NCBI RefSeq assembly: GCF_009914755.1
Contig: NC_060948.1
Length of the DNA stretch: 64,000 nt
Strand: one strand, 5' to 3'
Source: the human T2T-CHM13v2.0 reference genome, Homo sapiens
A program made the translations under genes and the position numbers. Positions within the stretch are counted from its first letter, which is position 1. Each line of letters starts with the position of its first letter. Under the pieces are notes generated by a model, which made no database searches, had not been told where the DNA came from, and saw only the letters and a list, made by a program, of their open reading frames with translations. Positions 40,701-53,200 of this stretch are shown here, piece by piece.

Positions 40701-43700
40701 AAGGTCTTGCTAACTTCAAGAATGAAGCTGCAGACATTTACGCTGAGTGTTACAGTACGTAAAAGTGTTATGTCCAGAGTTTGTTAATTCAGATTTTTCC
40801 AGGGTTTCTTCCTTCTGCAGGTTCATGGTCCTGCTCACTTCAACAATGAAACTGCAGACCTTTACGGTGAGTGTTACAGCACTTAAAGGGGTTATGTCCA
40901 GAGTTTGTTCCTTCAGATGTGTCCAGAGTATCTTTCTTCTGGCAGGTTCATGGTCTTGGTCACTTCAATAATGAAGCTCCAGTCCTTTACGGTGAGTGTT
41001 ACAGCACTTAAAGGTGTTATGTCCGGAGTTTGTTCCTCCAGATGTGTACAGAGTTTCTTCCTTCTGGCAGGTTCATGGTCTTGCTCACTTCAAGAATGAA
41101 GCTGCAGACCTTAGTGGTGAGGGTTACAGCACTTAAAGGTGTTATGTCCAGAGTTTTTTCCTTCAGATGTGTCCAGAGTTTCTTCCTTCTGGCCGGTTCA
41201 TGGTCTTGCTCACTTCAAGAATGAAGCTGCAGACCTTAGTGTTGAGTGTTACAGCACTTAAAGTTGTTATGTCCAGAGTTTGTTCCTTCATATGTGGCCA
41301 GCATTTCTTCCTTCTGGCAGGTTCATGGTCTTGCTCACTTCAAGAATGAAGCTGCAGACCTTGGTGGTGAGTGTTACAGCACTTAAAGGTGTTATGTCCA
41401 GAGTTTTTTCCATCAGATGTGTATAGAGTTTCTTCCTTCTGGCAGGTTCATGGTCTTGCTCATTTCAAGAATGAAGCTGCAGACCTTTAAGGTAAGTGTT
41501 ACAGCACATAAAGGTGTTATGTCCAGAGTTTTTTCCTTCAGATGTGTCCAGAGTTTCTTTCTTCTGGCAGGTTCAAGGTCTTTCTCACTTCAATAATGAA
41601 CCTCCAGTCCTTTACGGTGAGTGTTACAACACTTAAAGGTGTTATGTCCAGAGTTTTTTCCTTCATATGTGTCCAGAGTTTCTTCCTTCTGGCAGTTTCA
41701 TGGTCTTGCTCACTTCAAGAATGAAACTGCAGACCATTACGGTGAGTGTTACAGCACTGAAAGATGTTATGTCCAGAGTTTGTTCCTTCAGATGTGTCCA
41801 GAGTTTCTTCCTTCTGGCAGGTTCATGGTCTTGCTCAATTCAAGAATGAAGCTGCAGACCTTAGTGTTGAGTGTTACAGCACTTAAAGGTGTTACGTCCA
41901 GAGTTTATTCCTTCAGATGTGTCCAGAGTTTCTTCCATCTGGCAGTTTCATGTTCTTGCTAACTTCAAGCGTGAAGCTGCAGAATTTAGTGGTGAGTGTT
42001 ACAGCACATAAAGGTGTTATGTCCAGAGATTCTTTCTTCAGATGTGTCCAGATATTCTTCCTTCTGTCCTGTACATGGTCTTGCTCACTTCAAGAAAGAA
42101 TGAAACTGCAGACCTTTACAGTGAGTGTTACAGCATATAAAGGTGTTATGTGCAGAGTTTGGTCCTTCAGATGTGTCCAGAGTTTCTTCCTTCGGGCAGG
42201 TTCATGGTCTAGCTCACTTCAAGAATGAAGCTGCAGAGCTTGTTGGTGAGTGTTACAGCAGTTAAAGGTGTTATGTCCAGAGTTTCTTCCATCAGATGTG
42301 TATAGAGTTTCTTGCTACTGGCAGGTTCATGGTCTTGCTCACTTCAAGAATGAAGCTGCAGACCTAGGTGGTGAGTGTTACAGCACTTAAAGGTGTTATG
42401 TCCAGAGTTTGTTCCGTCAGATGTGTCTAGAGTTTCTTGCTTCTGGCAGGTTCATGGTCTTGCTCACTTCAAGAATCATGCTGCAGACCTTTACGGTGAG
42501 TTTTACAGCACTTAATGGTGTTATATCCTGTGTTCGTTCCTTCACATGTGTCCAGAGTTTCTTCCTTCGGGCAGGTTCATTGTCTTGCTCACTTCAAGAA
42601 TGAAGCTGCAGTCCTTACTGTTGAGTGTTACAGCACATAAAGTTGTTATGTCCAGAGTTTCTTCCTCCAGATGTGGCCAGAGTTTCTTCCTTCTGTCAGG
42701 TTCATGGTCTTACTCCCTTCAAGAATGAAGCTGCAGACCTAGGTGGTGAGTGTTACAGCACTTAAAGGAGTTATGTCCAGAGTTTGTTCCGTGAGATGTG
42801 TCCAGCGTTTCTTCCATCTGGCAGGTTCATGGTATTGCTCACTTCAAGAATGATGCTGCAGACCTTTACGGTGAGTGTTACAGCACTTAAAGGTGTTATA
42901 TCCAGAGTTGTTCCTTCAGATGTGTCCAGCGTTTCTTTCTTCTGGCAGGTTCATCGTCTTGCTCACTTCAAGAAAGAATGAAGCTGCAGACATTTACGGT
43001 GAGTTTTACAGCATATAAAGTTGTTATGTCCAGAGTTTTTTCCTTCAGATGTGTCCAGAGTTTCTTCCTTCTGGCAGGTTCATGGTCTTGCTCACTTCAA
43101 GAATGAAGCTGCAGACCTTAGTGTTGAGTGTTACAGCACTGAAAGTTGTTATGTCTAGAGTTTGTTCCTTCATATGTGGCCAGAATTTCTTCCTTCTGGC
43201 AGGTTCATGGTCTTGCTCACTTCAAGAATGAAGCTGCAGACCTTGGTGGGGAGTGTCACAGCACTTAAAGGTGTTATGTCCAGAGTTTGTTCCATCAGAT
43301 GTGTATAGAGTTTCTTCCTTCTGGCAGGTTCATGGTCTTGCTCATTTCAAGAATGAAGCTGCAGACCTTTACGGTGAGTGTTACAGCACTTAAAGGTGTT
43401 ATATCCAGAGTTTGTTCCTTCAGATGTGTCCAGAGTTTCTTTCTTCTGGCAGGTTCATGGACTTGCTCACTTCAAGAATGAAGCTCCAGACCTTTACGGT
43501 GAATCTTACGTCACTTAAAGGTGTTATGTCCAGAGTTTCTTCCTTCAGTTGTGTCCAGAGTTTCTTCCTTCTGGCAGGTTCATGGTCTTGCTCACTTCAA
43601 GAATGAAACTGCAGACCTTTACGGTGAGTGTTACAGCACTTAAAGGTATTATGTCCAGAGTTTGTTCCTTCAGATGTGTCCAGAGTTTCTTCCTTCTGGC

Positions 43701-46700
43701 AGGTTCATGGTCTTGCTAGCTTCAAGAATGAAGCTGCAGACCTTTAAGGTTAGTGTTACAGCACTTAAAGGTGTTATGTCCAGAGTTTTTTCCTTCAGAT
43801 GTGTCCAGAGTTTCTTTCTTCTGGCAGGTTCATGGTCTTTCTCACTTCAATAATGAAGCTCCAGTCCTTTACGGTGAGTGTTACAACTCTTAAAGGTGTT
43901 ATGTCCAGAGATTGTTCCTTCATATGTGTCCAGACTTTCTTCCTTCTGGCAGTTTCACGGTCTTGCTTACTTCAAGAATGAAACTGCAGACCATTACGGT
44001 GAGCGTTACAGCACTGAAAGATGTTATGTCCAGAGTTTGTTCCTTCAGATGTGTCCAGAGTTTCTTCCTACTGGCAGGTTCATGGTCTTGCTCACTTCAA
44101 GAATGAAGCTGCAGATATTAGTGGTGAGTATTACAGCCCTTAAAGGTGTTATGTCCAGAGTTTTCTCCTTCAGATGTGTCCAGAGTTTCTTCCATCTGGC
44201 AGGTTCATGGTCTTGCTCACTTCAAGGGTGAAGCTGCAGAATTTAGTGGTGAGTGTTACAGCACTAAATGTGTTATGTCCAGAGTTTGTTTCTTCAGATG
44301 TTTCCAGATATTCTTCCTTCTGTCATGTACATGGTCTTGCTCACTTCAAGAAAGAATGAAGCTGCAGACCTTTACGGTGAGTGTTACAGCATATAAAGGT
44401 GTTATGTCCAGAGTTTGGTCCTTCAGATGTGTCCAGAGTTTCTTCCTTCGGGCAGGTTCATGGTCTAGCTCACTTAAAGAATGAAGCTGCAGACCTTGCT
44501 GGTGAGTGTTAGAGCAGTTAAAGGTGTTATGTCCAGAGTTTCTTCCATCAGATGTGTATAGAGTTTCTTCCTTCTGGCAGGTTCATGGTCTTGCTCACTT
44601 CAAGAATGAAACTGCAGACCATTACGGTGAGTGTTACAGCACTTAAAGGTATTATGTCCAGAGTTTGTTCCTTCAGATGTGTCCAGAATTTCTTCCTTCT
44701 GGCAGGTTCATGGTCTTGCTCCCTTCAAGAATGAAACTGCAGACCTTTACGCTGAGTGTTACAGCACTTAAAGGTATTATGTCCAGAGTTTGTTCCTTCA
44801 GATGGGTCCAGAGTTTCTTCCTTCTAGCAGGTTCATGGTCTTTCTACCTTCAAGAGTGAAGCTGCAGACCTTTAAGGTAAGTGTTACAGCACTTAAAGTT
44901 GTTATGTCCAGAGTTTGTTCTTTCAGATGTGTCCAGAGTTTCTTTCTACTGGCAGGTTCATGGTCTTGCTCACTTCAATAATGAAGCTCCAGTCCGTTAC
45001 GGTGAGTGTTACAGCACTTAAAGGTGTTATGTCCGGAGTTTGTTCCTCCAGATGTGTCCAGAGTTTCTTCCTTCTGGCAGGTTCATGGTCTTGCTCACTT
45101 CAAGAATGAAACTGCAGACCATTACGCTGAGTGTTACAGCATTTAAAGGTGTTATGTCCAGAGATTTTTCCTTCAGATGTGTCCAGTTTTTTCCTTCTGG
45201 CAGGTTCATTTGTCTTGCTCACTTCAAGAATGAAACTGTAGACATTTACGGTGAGTTTTACAGCACTGAAAAATGTTATGTCCAGAGTTTGTTCCTTCAG
45301 ATGTGTCCAGAGTTTCTTCCTTCTGGCAAGTTCAAGGTCTTGCTAACTTCAAGAATGAAGCTGCAGACCTTTACGGTGAGTGTTACAGTACGTAAAAGTG
45401 TTATGTCCAGAGTTTGTTTATTCAGATTTGTCCAGGGTTTCTTCCTTCTGCAGGTTCATGGTCCTGCTCACTTCAACAATGTAGCTGCAGACCTTTACGG
45501 TGAGTGTTACAGCACTTAAAGGGGTTATGTCCAGAGTTTGTTCCTTCAGATGTTTCCAGAGTATCTTTCTTCTGGCAGGTTCATGGTCTACCTCACTTCA
45601 ATAATGAAGCTCCAGTCCTTTACGGTGAGTGTTACAGTACTTAAAGGTGTTATGTCCGGAGTTTGTTCCTCCAGATGTGTCCAGAGTTTCTTCCTTCTGG
45701 CAGGTTCATGGTCTTGCTCACTTCAAGAATGAAGCTGCAGACCTTAGTGGTGAGGGTTACAGCATTTAAAGGTGTTATGTCCAGAGTTTTTTCCTTCAGA
45801 TGTGTCCAGAGTTTCTTCCTTCTGGCCGGTTCATGGTCTTGCTCACTTCAAGAATGAAGCTGCAGACCTTAGTGTTGAGTGTTACAGCACTTAACGTTGT
45901 TATGTCCAGAGTTTGTTCCTTCATATGTGGCCAGAATTTCTTCCTTCTGGCAGGTTCATGGTCTTGCTCACTTCAAGAATGAAGCTGCAGACCTTGGTGG
46001 TGAGTGTTACAGCACTTAAAGGTGTTATGTCCAGAGTTTGTTCCATCAGATGTGTATAGAGTTTCTTCCTTCTGGCAGGTTCATGGTCTTGCTCATTTCA
46101 AGAATGAAGCTGCAGACCTTTACGGTGAGTGTTACAGCACTTAAAGGTGTTATATCCAGAGTTTGTTCCTTCAGATGTGTCCAGAGTTTCTTTCTTCTGG
46201 CAGGTTCATGGGCTTGCTCACTTCAAGAATGAAGCTCCAGACCTTTAGGGTGGATTTTACGTCACTTAAAGGTGTTATGTCCAGAGTTTGTTCCTTCAGT
46301 TGTGTCCAGAGTTTCTTTCTTCTGGCAGGTTCATGGTCTTGCTCACTTCAAGAATGAAACTGCAGACATTTATGGTGCTTGTTACAGCACTTAAAGGTAT
46401 TATGTCCAGAGTTTGTTCCTTCAGATGTGTCCAGAGTTTCTTCCTTCTGGCAGGTTCATGGTCTTCCTAGCTTCAAGAATGAAGCTGCAGACCTTTAAGG
46501 TAAGTGTTACAGCACATAAAGGTGTTATGTCCAGAGTTTTTTCCTTCAGATGTGTCCAGAGTTTCTTTCTTCTGGCAGGTTCAAGGTCTTTCTCACTTCA
46601 ATAATGAAGCTCCAGTCCTTTACGGTGAGTGTTACAGCACTTAAAGGTGTTATGTCCAGAGTTTGTTCCTTCATATGTGTCCAGAGTTTCTTCCTTCTGG

Positions 46701-49700
46701 CAGTTTCATGGTCTTGCTCACTTCAAGAATGAAACTGCAGACCATTACGGTGAGTGTTACAGCACTGAAAGATGTTATGTCCAGAGTTTGTTCCTTCAGA
46801 TGTGTCCAGAGTTTCTTCCTTCTGGCAGGTTCATGGTCTTGCTCACTTCAAGAATGAAGCTGCAGACCTTAGTGTTGAGTGTTACAGCACTTAAAGGTGT
46901 TACGTCCAGAGTTTATTCCTTCAGATGTGTCCAGAGTTTCTTCCATCTGGCAGGTTCATGGTCTTGCTCACTTCATGCGTGAAGCTGCAGAATTTAGTGG
47001 TGAGTGTTACAGCACATAAAGGTGTTATGTCCAGAGTTTGTTTCTTCAGATGTGTCCAGATATTCTTCCTTCTGTCCTGTACATGGTCTTGCTCACTTCA
47101 AGAAAGAATGAAACTGCAGACCTTTACGGTGAGTGTTACAGCATATAAAGGTGTTATGTCCAGAGTTTGGTCCTTCAGATGTGTCCAGAGTTTCTTCCTT
47201 CGGCAGGTTCATGGTCTAGCTCACTTCAAGAATGAAGCTGCAGAGCTTGTTGGTGAGTGTTACAGCAGTTAAAGGTGTTATGTCCAGAGTTTCTTCCATC
47301 AGATGTGTATAGAGTTTCTTGCTTCTGACAGGTTCATGGTCTTGCTCACTTCAAGAATGAAGCTGCAGACCTTAGTGTTGAGTGTTACAGCACTTAAAGG
47401 TGTTATGTCCAGAGGTTGTTCCGTCAGATGTGTCTAGAGTTTCTTGCTTCTGGCAGGTTCATGGTCTTGCTCACTTCAAGAATCATGCTGCAGACCTTTA
47501 CGGTGAGTTTTACAGCACTTAATGGTGTTATATCCTGTGTTCGTTCCTTCACATGTGTCCAGAGTTTCTTCCTTCGGGCAGGTTCGTGGTCTTGCTCACT
47601 TCAAGAATGAAGCTGCAGTCCTTAGTGTTGAGTGTTACAGCACATAAGGTTGTTATGTCCAGAGTTTGTTCCTCCAGATGTGGCCAGAGTTTCTTCCTTC
47701 TGTCAGGTTCATGGTCTTACTGCCTTCAAGAATGAAGCTGCAGACCTAGGTGGTGAGTGTTACAGCACTTAAAGGTGTTATGTCCAGAGTTTGTTCCGTC
47801 AGATGTGTGTAGAGTTTCTTTCTTCTGGCAGGTTCATGGTCTTGCTCACTTCAAGAATCATGCTGCAGACCTTTACGGTGAGTTTTACAGCACTTGATGG
47901 TGTTATATCCTGTGTTCGTTCCTTAACATGTGTCCAGAGTTTCTTCCTTCTGAGAGGTTCATGGTCTTGCTGACCTCAAGAATGGAGCTGCAGACATTTA
48001 CGGTGTGTGTTTCAGCACTTAAAGGTGTTATATAAAGAATATGTTCATTCAGATGTGTCCAGAATTTCTTCCTTCTGGCAGGTTTATGGTCTTCTCACTT
48101 CAAGAATGAAGCTGCAGTCCTTTACGGTGAGTGTTTCAGCACTTAAAGGTGTTATGTCTAGAGTTTTTTCCTTCAGATGTGTCCAGAGTTTCCTCCATCT
48201 GGCAGGCTCATGGTATTGCTCACTTCAAGAGTGAAGCTGCAGAATTCAGTGGTGAGTGTTACAGCACTTAAAGGTGTTATGTCCAGAGTTTGTTCCTTCA
48301 GAAGTGTCCAGAGTTTCTTCCTTCTGGCAGGTTCATGGTCTTGTTCACTTCAAGAATGAAGCTGCAGACATTAGTGGTGAGCGTTACAGCACATAAGTTT
48401 TTATGTCCAGAGTTTGTTCCTTCATATAAGTGCAGAGTTTCTTCCTTCTGGCAGATTCATGGTCTTGCTAGCTTCAAGAATGAAGCTGCAGACCTTTACG
48501 GTGAGTGTTACAGCACTTAAAGGTGTTATGTCCAGAGTTTGTTCCTTCAGATGTGTCCAGAGTTACTACCTTCCGGCAGGTTCATGATCTTGATCACTTC
48601 AAGAATGAAGCTGCAGACCTTTACGGTGGGTGTTACAGCACTTAAAGGTGTTATGTCCAGAGTTTGTTCATTCGGATGTGTCCAGAATTTCTTCCTTCTG
48701 GCAGGTTCATGGTCTTGCTCACTTCAAGAATGAAGCTGCAGACCTTTAGGGTGAGTGTTACAGCACTTAAAAGTGTTATGTCCACAGTTTGTTCCTTCAG
48801 ATGTGTCCAGAGTTTCTTTCTTCTGACAGGTTCATGGTCTAGCTCACTTCCAGAAAAATGAAGCTGCAGACCATTACGGTGGGTTTTACAGCACATACAG
48901 TGTTATGCCCAGAGTTTGGTCCTTCAGATGTGTCCAGAGTTTCTTCCTTCTGGCAGGTTCATGGTCTTGCTCACTTCAAGAATGAAGCTGCAGAATTTGA
49001 TGGTGAGTGTTACAGCACTTAATTGTGTTATGTCCAAAGTTTGTTCCTTCAGATGTGTCCAGAGTTTCTTCCTTCTGGCAGGTTCATGGTCTTGCTCATT
49101 TCAAGAATGAAACTGCAGACCATTACGGTGAGTGTTACAGCACTTTAAGGTGTTATGTCCAGAGTTTGTTAGTTCAGATGTGTCCAGTTTCTTCCTTCTG
49201 GCAGGTTCATGGTCTTGCTCTCTTCAACAATGAAACTGTAGACCTTTACGGTGAGTGTTACACAATGAAAGATGTTATGTCCAGAGTTTGTTCTTTCAGA
49301 TGTGTCCAGAGTTTCTTCCATCTGGCAGGCACATGGTCTTGCTCACTTCAAGAATGAAGCTGCAGACCTTAGTGGTGAGTGTTACAGCACTTAAATGTGT
49401 TATGTCCAGAGTTTGTTCCTCCAGATGTGTCCAGAGTTTCTTCCTTCTGGCAGGTTCATGGTCTTGCTCACTTCAAGAATCAAGCTGCAGACCTTAGTGG
49501 TGAGTGTTACAGCACTTATAGTTGTTATGTCCAGAGTTTGTTCCTTCAGATGTGTCCAGAATTTCTTCCTTCTGGCAGGTTCATGGTCTTGCTCACTTCA
49601 AGAATGAAGCTGCAGACCGTAGTGGTGACTGTTACAGCACTTAAAAGTGTTATGTTCAGAGTTTTTTCCTTGAGATGTGTCTAGAGTTTCTTCCATCTGG

Positions 49701-50200
49701 CAGGTTCATGGTCTTGCTCACTTCAAGAAAGAATGAAGCTGCAGACCTCTACGGTGAGTGTTACAGCATATAAAGGTGTTATGTCCAGAGTTTGGTCCTT
49801 CAGATATGTCCAGAGTTTCTTCCTTCGGGCAGGTTCATGGTCTTGCTCACTTCAAAAATGAAACTGTAGACCTTAGTGGTGAGTGTTACAGCACTTAAAG
49901 GTGTTAGGTCCAGAGTTTTTTCCTTCAGATGTGTCCAGAGTTTCTTCCATCTGGCAGGTTCTTGGTCTTGCTCACTTCAAGAGTGAACCTGCAGAATTTA
50001 GTAGTGAGTGTTACAGTACTTAAAGGTGTTATGTCCAGAGTTTGTTCCTTCAGATGTGTCCAGATATTCTTCCTTCTGGCATGTTCATGGTCTTGCTCAC
50101 TTCAAAAAAGAATGAAGCTGCAGACCTTTACGGTGAGTGTTACAGCATATAAAGGTGTTATGTCCTGAATTTGGTCCTTCAGATGTGTCCAGAGTTTCTT
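37700..50200. repeat. Satellite sub-domain 4 with recent kb-scale block duplications
   Basis: Markers CTTCTGCAGGTTCATGGTCCTG (~38301, ~40812, ~45445), GTACGTAAA, TTCAATAATGAA, CTGTC(C/A)TGTACATGG and GAATCATGCTG. Constant ORF offsets of 2751, 4633 and 5008 bp. Confidence 0.65.
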
Positions 50201-53200
50201 CCTTCGGGCAGGTTCATTGTCTTGCTCACTTCAAGAATGAAGCTGCAGACCTTGCTGGTGAGTGTTACAGCAGTTAAAGTGTTATGTCCATTGTTTCTTC
50301 CATCAGATGTGTATAGAGTTTCTTCCTTCTGGCAGGTTCATGGTCTTGCTCACTTCCAGAATGAAGCTGCAGACCTTTACGGTGAGTGTCACAGCACTTA
50401 AAGGTGTTATATCCATAGTTTGTTCATTCTGATGTGTCCAAAATTTCTTCCTTGTGGCAGGTTCATGGTCTTGCTCACTTCAAGAATGAAGCTGCAGACC
50501 TTTACGGTGAGTGTTACAGCACTTAAAGGTATTATGTCCAGAGTTTGTTCCTTCAGATGTGTCCAGAGTTTCTTCCTTCTGGCAGGTTCATGGTCTTGCT
50601 CACTTCAAGAATGAAACTGCAGACACTTACTGTGAGTGTTACAGCACTTAAAGGTGTTATGTCCAGAGTTTGTTCCTTCAGATGTGTCCAGTTTCTTCCT
50701 TGTGGCAGGTTCATGGTCTTGCTCATTTCAAGAATGAAACTGTAGACCTTTACGGTGAGTGTTACAGCACTGAAAGATGTTATGTCCAGAGTTTGTTCCT
50801 TCATATGTCTCCAGAGTTTCTTCCTTCTGGCAGGTTCATGGTCTTGCTGAACTCAAGAATGAAGCTGCAGACCTTTACGGTGAGTGTTACAGCACTTAAA
50901 GGTGTTATGTCCAGAGTTTGTTCCTTCAGATATGTCCAGAGTTTCTTCCTTCTGGAAGGTTCATGGTCTTGCTCACTTCAAGAATGTAGGTGCCGACCTT
51001 TACGCTGAGTGTTACAGCTCTTAAAACTGTTATGTCCAGAGTTTGTTCCTTCAGATGTGTCCAGAGTTTCTTCCTTCTGGCAGTTTCATGGTCTTGCTCA
51101 GTTCAAGAATGAAGCTGCAGACCTTTACGGTGAGTGTTACAGCATTTAAAGGTGTTATGTCCAGAGTTTTTTCCTTTAGATGTGTCCAGAGTTTCTACAT
51201 TCTGGCAGGTTCATTGTCTTGCTCACTTCAAGAATGAAGCTCCAGTCCTTTACGGTGAGTGTTACAGCACTTAAAGGTGTTATGTCCAGAGTTTGTTCCT
51301 TCAGGTGTGTCCACAGTTTCTTCCTTCTGGCAGGTTCATGGTCTTGCTCACTTCAAGAATGAAACTGCAGACCCTTACGGTGAGTGTTACAGCACTTAAA
51401 GGTTTTATGTCCAGAGTTTGTTCCTTCAGATATGTCCAGTTTGTTCCCTCTGGCAGGTTCATGGTCTTGCTTACTTCAAAATGGAAACTGTAGACCTTTA
51501 CGGTTAGTGTTACAGCACTGAAAGTTGTTATGTCCAGAGTTTGTTCCTTCAGATGTGTCCAGAGTTTCTTCCATCTGGCAGGTTCATGTCCTTGCTCACT
51601 TCAAGAATGAAGCTGCAGAACTTAGTGGTGAGTTTTACAACACTTAAGGGTGTTATGTCCAGAGTTTGTTCCCTCAGATGTGCCAGAGTTTCTTCCTTCT
51701 GGCAGGTTCATGGTCTTGCTCACTTTAGGAATGAAGCTGCAGACTTTACGGTGAGTGTTACAGCTCTTAACGGTATTATGTCCAGAGTTTGTTCCTTCAG
51801 ATGTGTCTCGAGTTTCTTCCTTCTGGCAGATTCATGGTCTTGCTAGCTTCAAGAATGAAGCTGCAGACCTTTACGGTGAGTGTTACAGCAATTAATGTTG
51901 TTATGTCCAGAGTTTGTTCCTTTAGATGTGTCCAGAGTTTCTTCCTTCTGGCTGGTTCATGATCTTCCTCACTTCAACAATGAAGCTGCAGACCTTAGTG
52001 GTGAGCGTTACAGCAATTAAGTTGTTATGTCCAGAGTTTGTTCCTTCAGATGTGTCCAGAGTTTCTTCCTTCTGGCAGATTCATGGTCTTGCTCACTTCA
52101 AGAATGAAACTGCAGACCCTTACGGTGAGTGTTACAGCACTGAAACATGTCATGTCCAGAGTTTGTTCCTTCAGATATGTCCAGAGTTTCTTCCTTCTGG
52201 CAGGTTCATGGTCTTGCTCACTTCAAGAATGAAGCTGCACACCTTTATGGTGAGTGTTACAGCATATAAAGCTGTTATGTCCAGAGTTTGGTCCTTCAGT
52301 TATATTCAGAGTTTCTTCCTTCGGGCAGGTTCATGGTCTTGCTGACTTCAAGAATGAAGCTGCAGTCCTTTACGGTGAGTTTTACAGCATTTAAAGGTGT
52401 TATGTCCAGAGTTTGTTCCTTCAGATGTGTCCAGAGTTTCTTCTTTCTGGCAGATTCATGGTCTTTCTCACTTCAAGAATGAAGCTGCAGACCTTACTGT
52501 TGAGTGTTAAAGCACTTAAAGTTGTTATGTTCAGAGTTTGTTCCTTCAGATGTATCCAGAGTTTCTTCCTTCTGGCAGGTTCATGGTCTTGCTCACTTCA
52601 AGAATGAAGCTGCAGACCTTTACGGTGAGTGTTACAGCATTTAAAGGTGTTATGTCCAGAGTTTGTTCCATCAGATGTGTCTAGAGTTCCTTAATTCTGG
52701 GAGGTTCAATGACTTGCTCATTTCAAGAATGAAGCTGCAGACCTTAGTGGTGAGTTTTACAGCACTAAAAGGTGTTATGTCAAGAGTTTGTTCCTTCAGA
52801 TGTGTTTAGATTGTCTTCCTTCTGGCAGGTTCATTGTCTTGCTGACCTCAAGAATGAAGTTGCAGACCTTTACGGTGAGTGTTACAGCACTTAAATGTGT
52901 TATGTCCAGAGTTTGTTCCTTCAGATGTGTCCAGAGTTTCTTCCTTCTGGCAGGTTCATGGTCTTGCTCACTTCAAGAATGAAGCTGCAGACATTTACGG
53001 TGAGTGTTACAGCATTTAAAGCTGTTATGTCCAGAGTTTTTTCCTTCAGATGTGTGCAGAGTTTCTTCCTTCTGGCAGGTTCATGGTATTGCTCACTTCA
53101 AGAATGAAGCTGCAGACCTTAGTGGTGAGTGTTACAGCACTTAAAGTTGTTAGGTCCAGAGTTTGTTCCTTCAGATGTGTGCAGACTTTCTTCCTTCTGG

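Noticed and set aside
3813-50804. Sparse minus-strand ORFs (e.g. 3813-4007, 10075-10338, 25543-25764, 48651-48896)
   Set aside because: These are chance loss of stop codons in variant monomers; the translations are just the repeat read in reverse.
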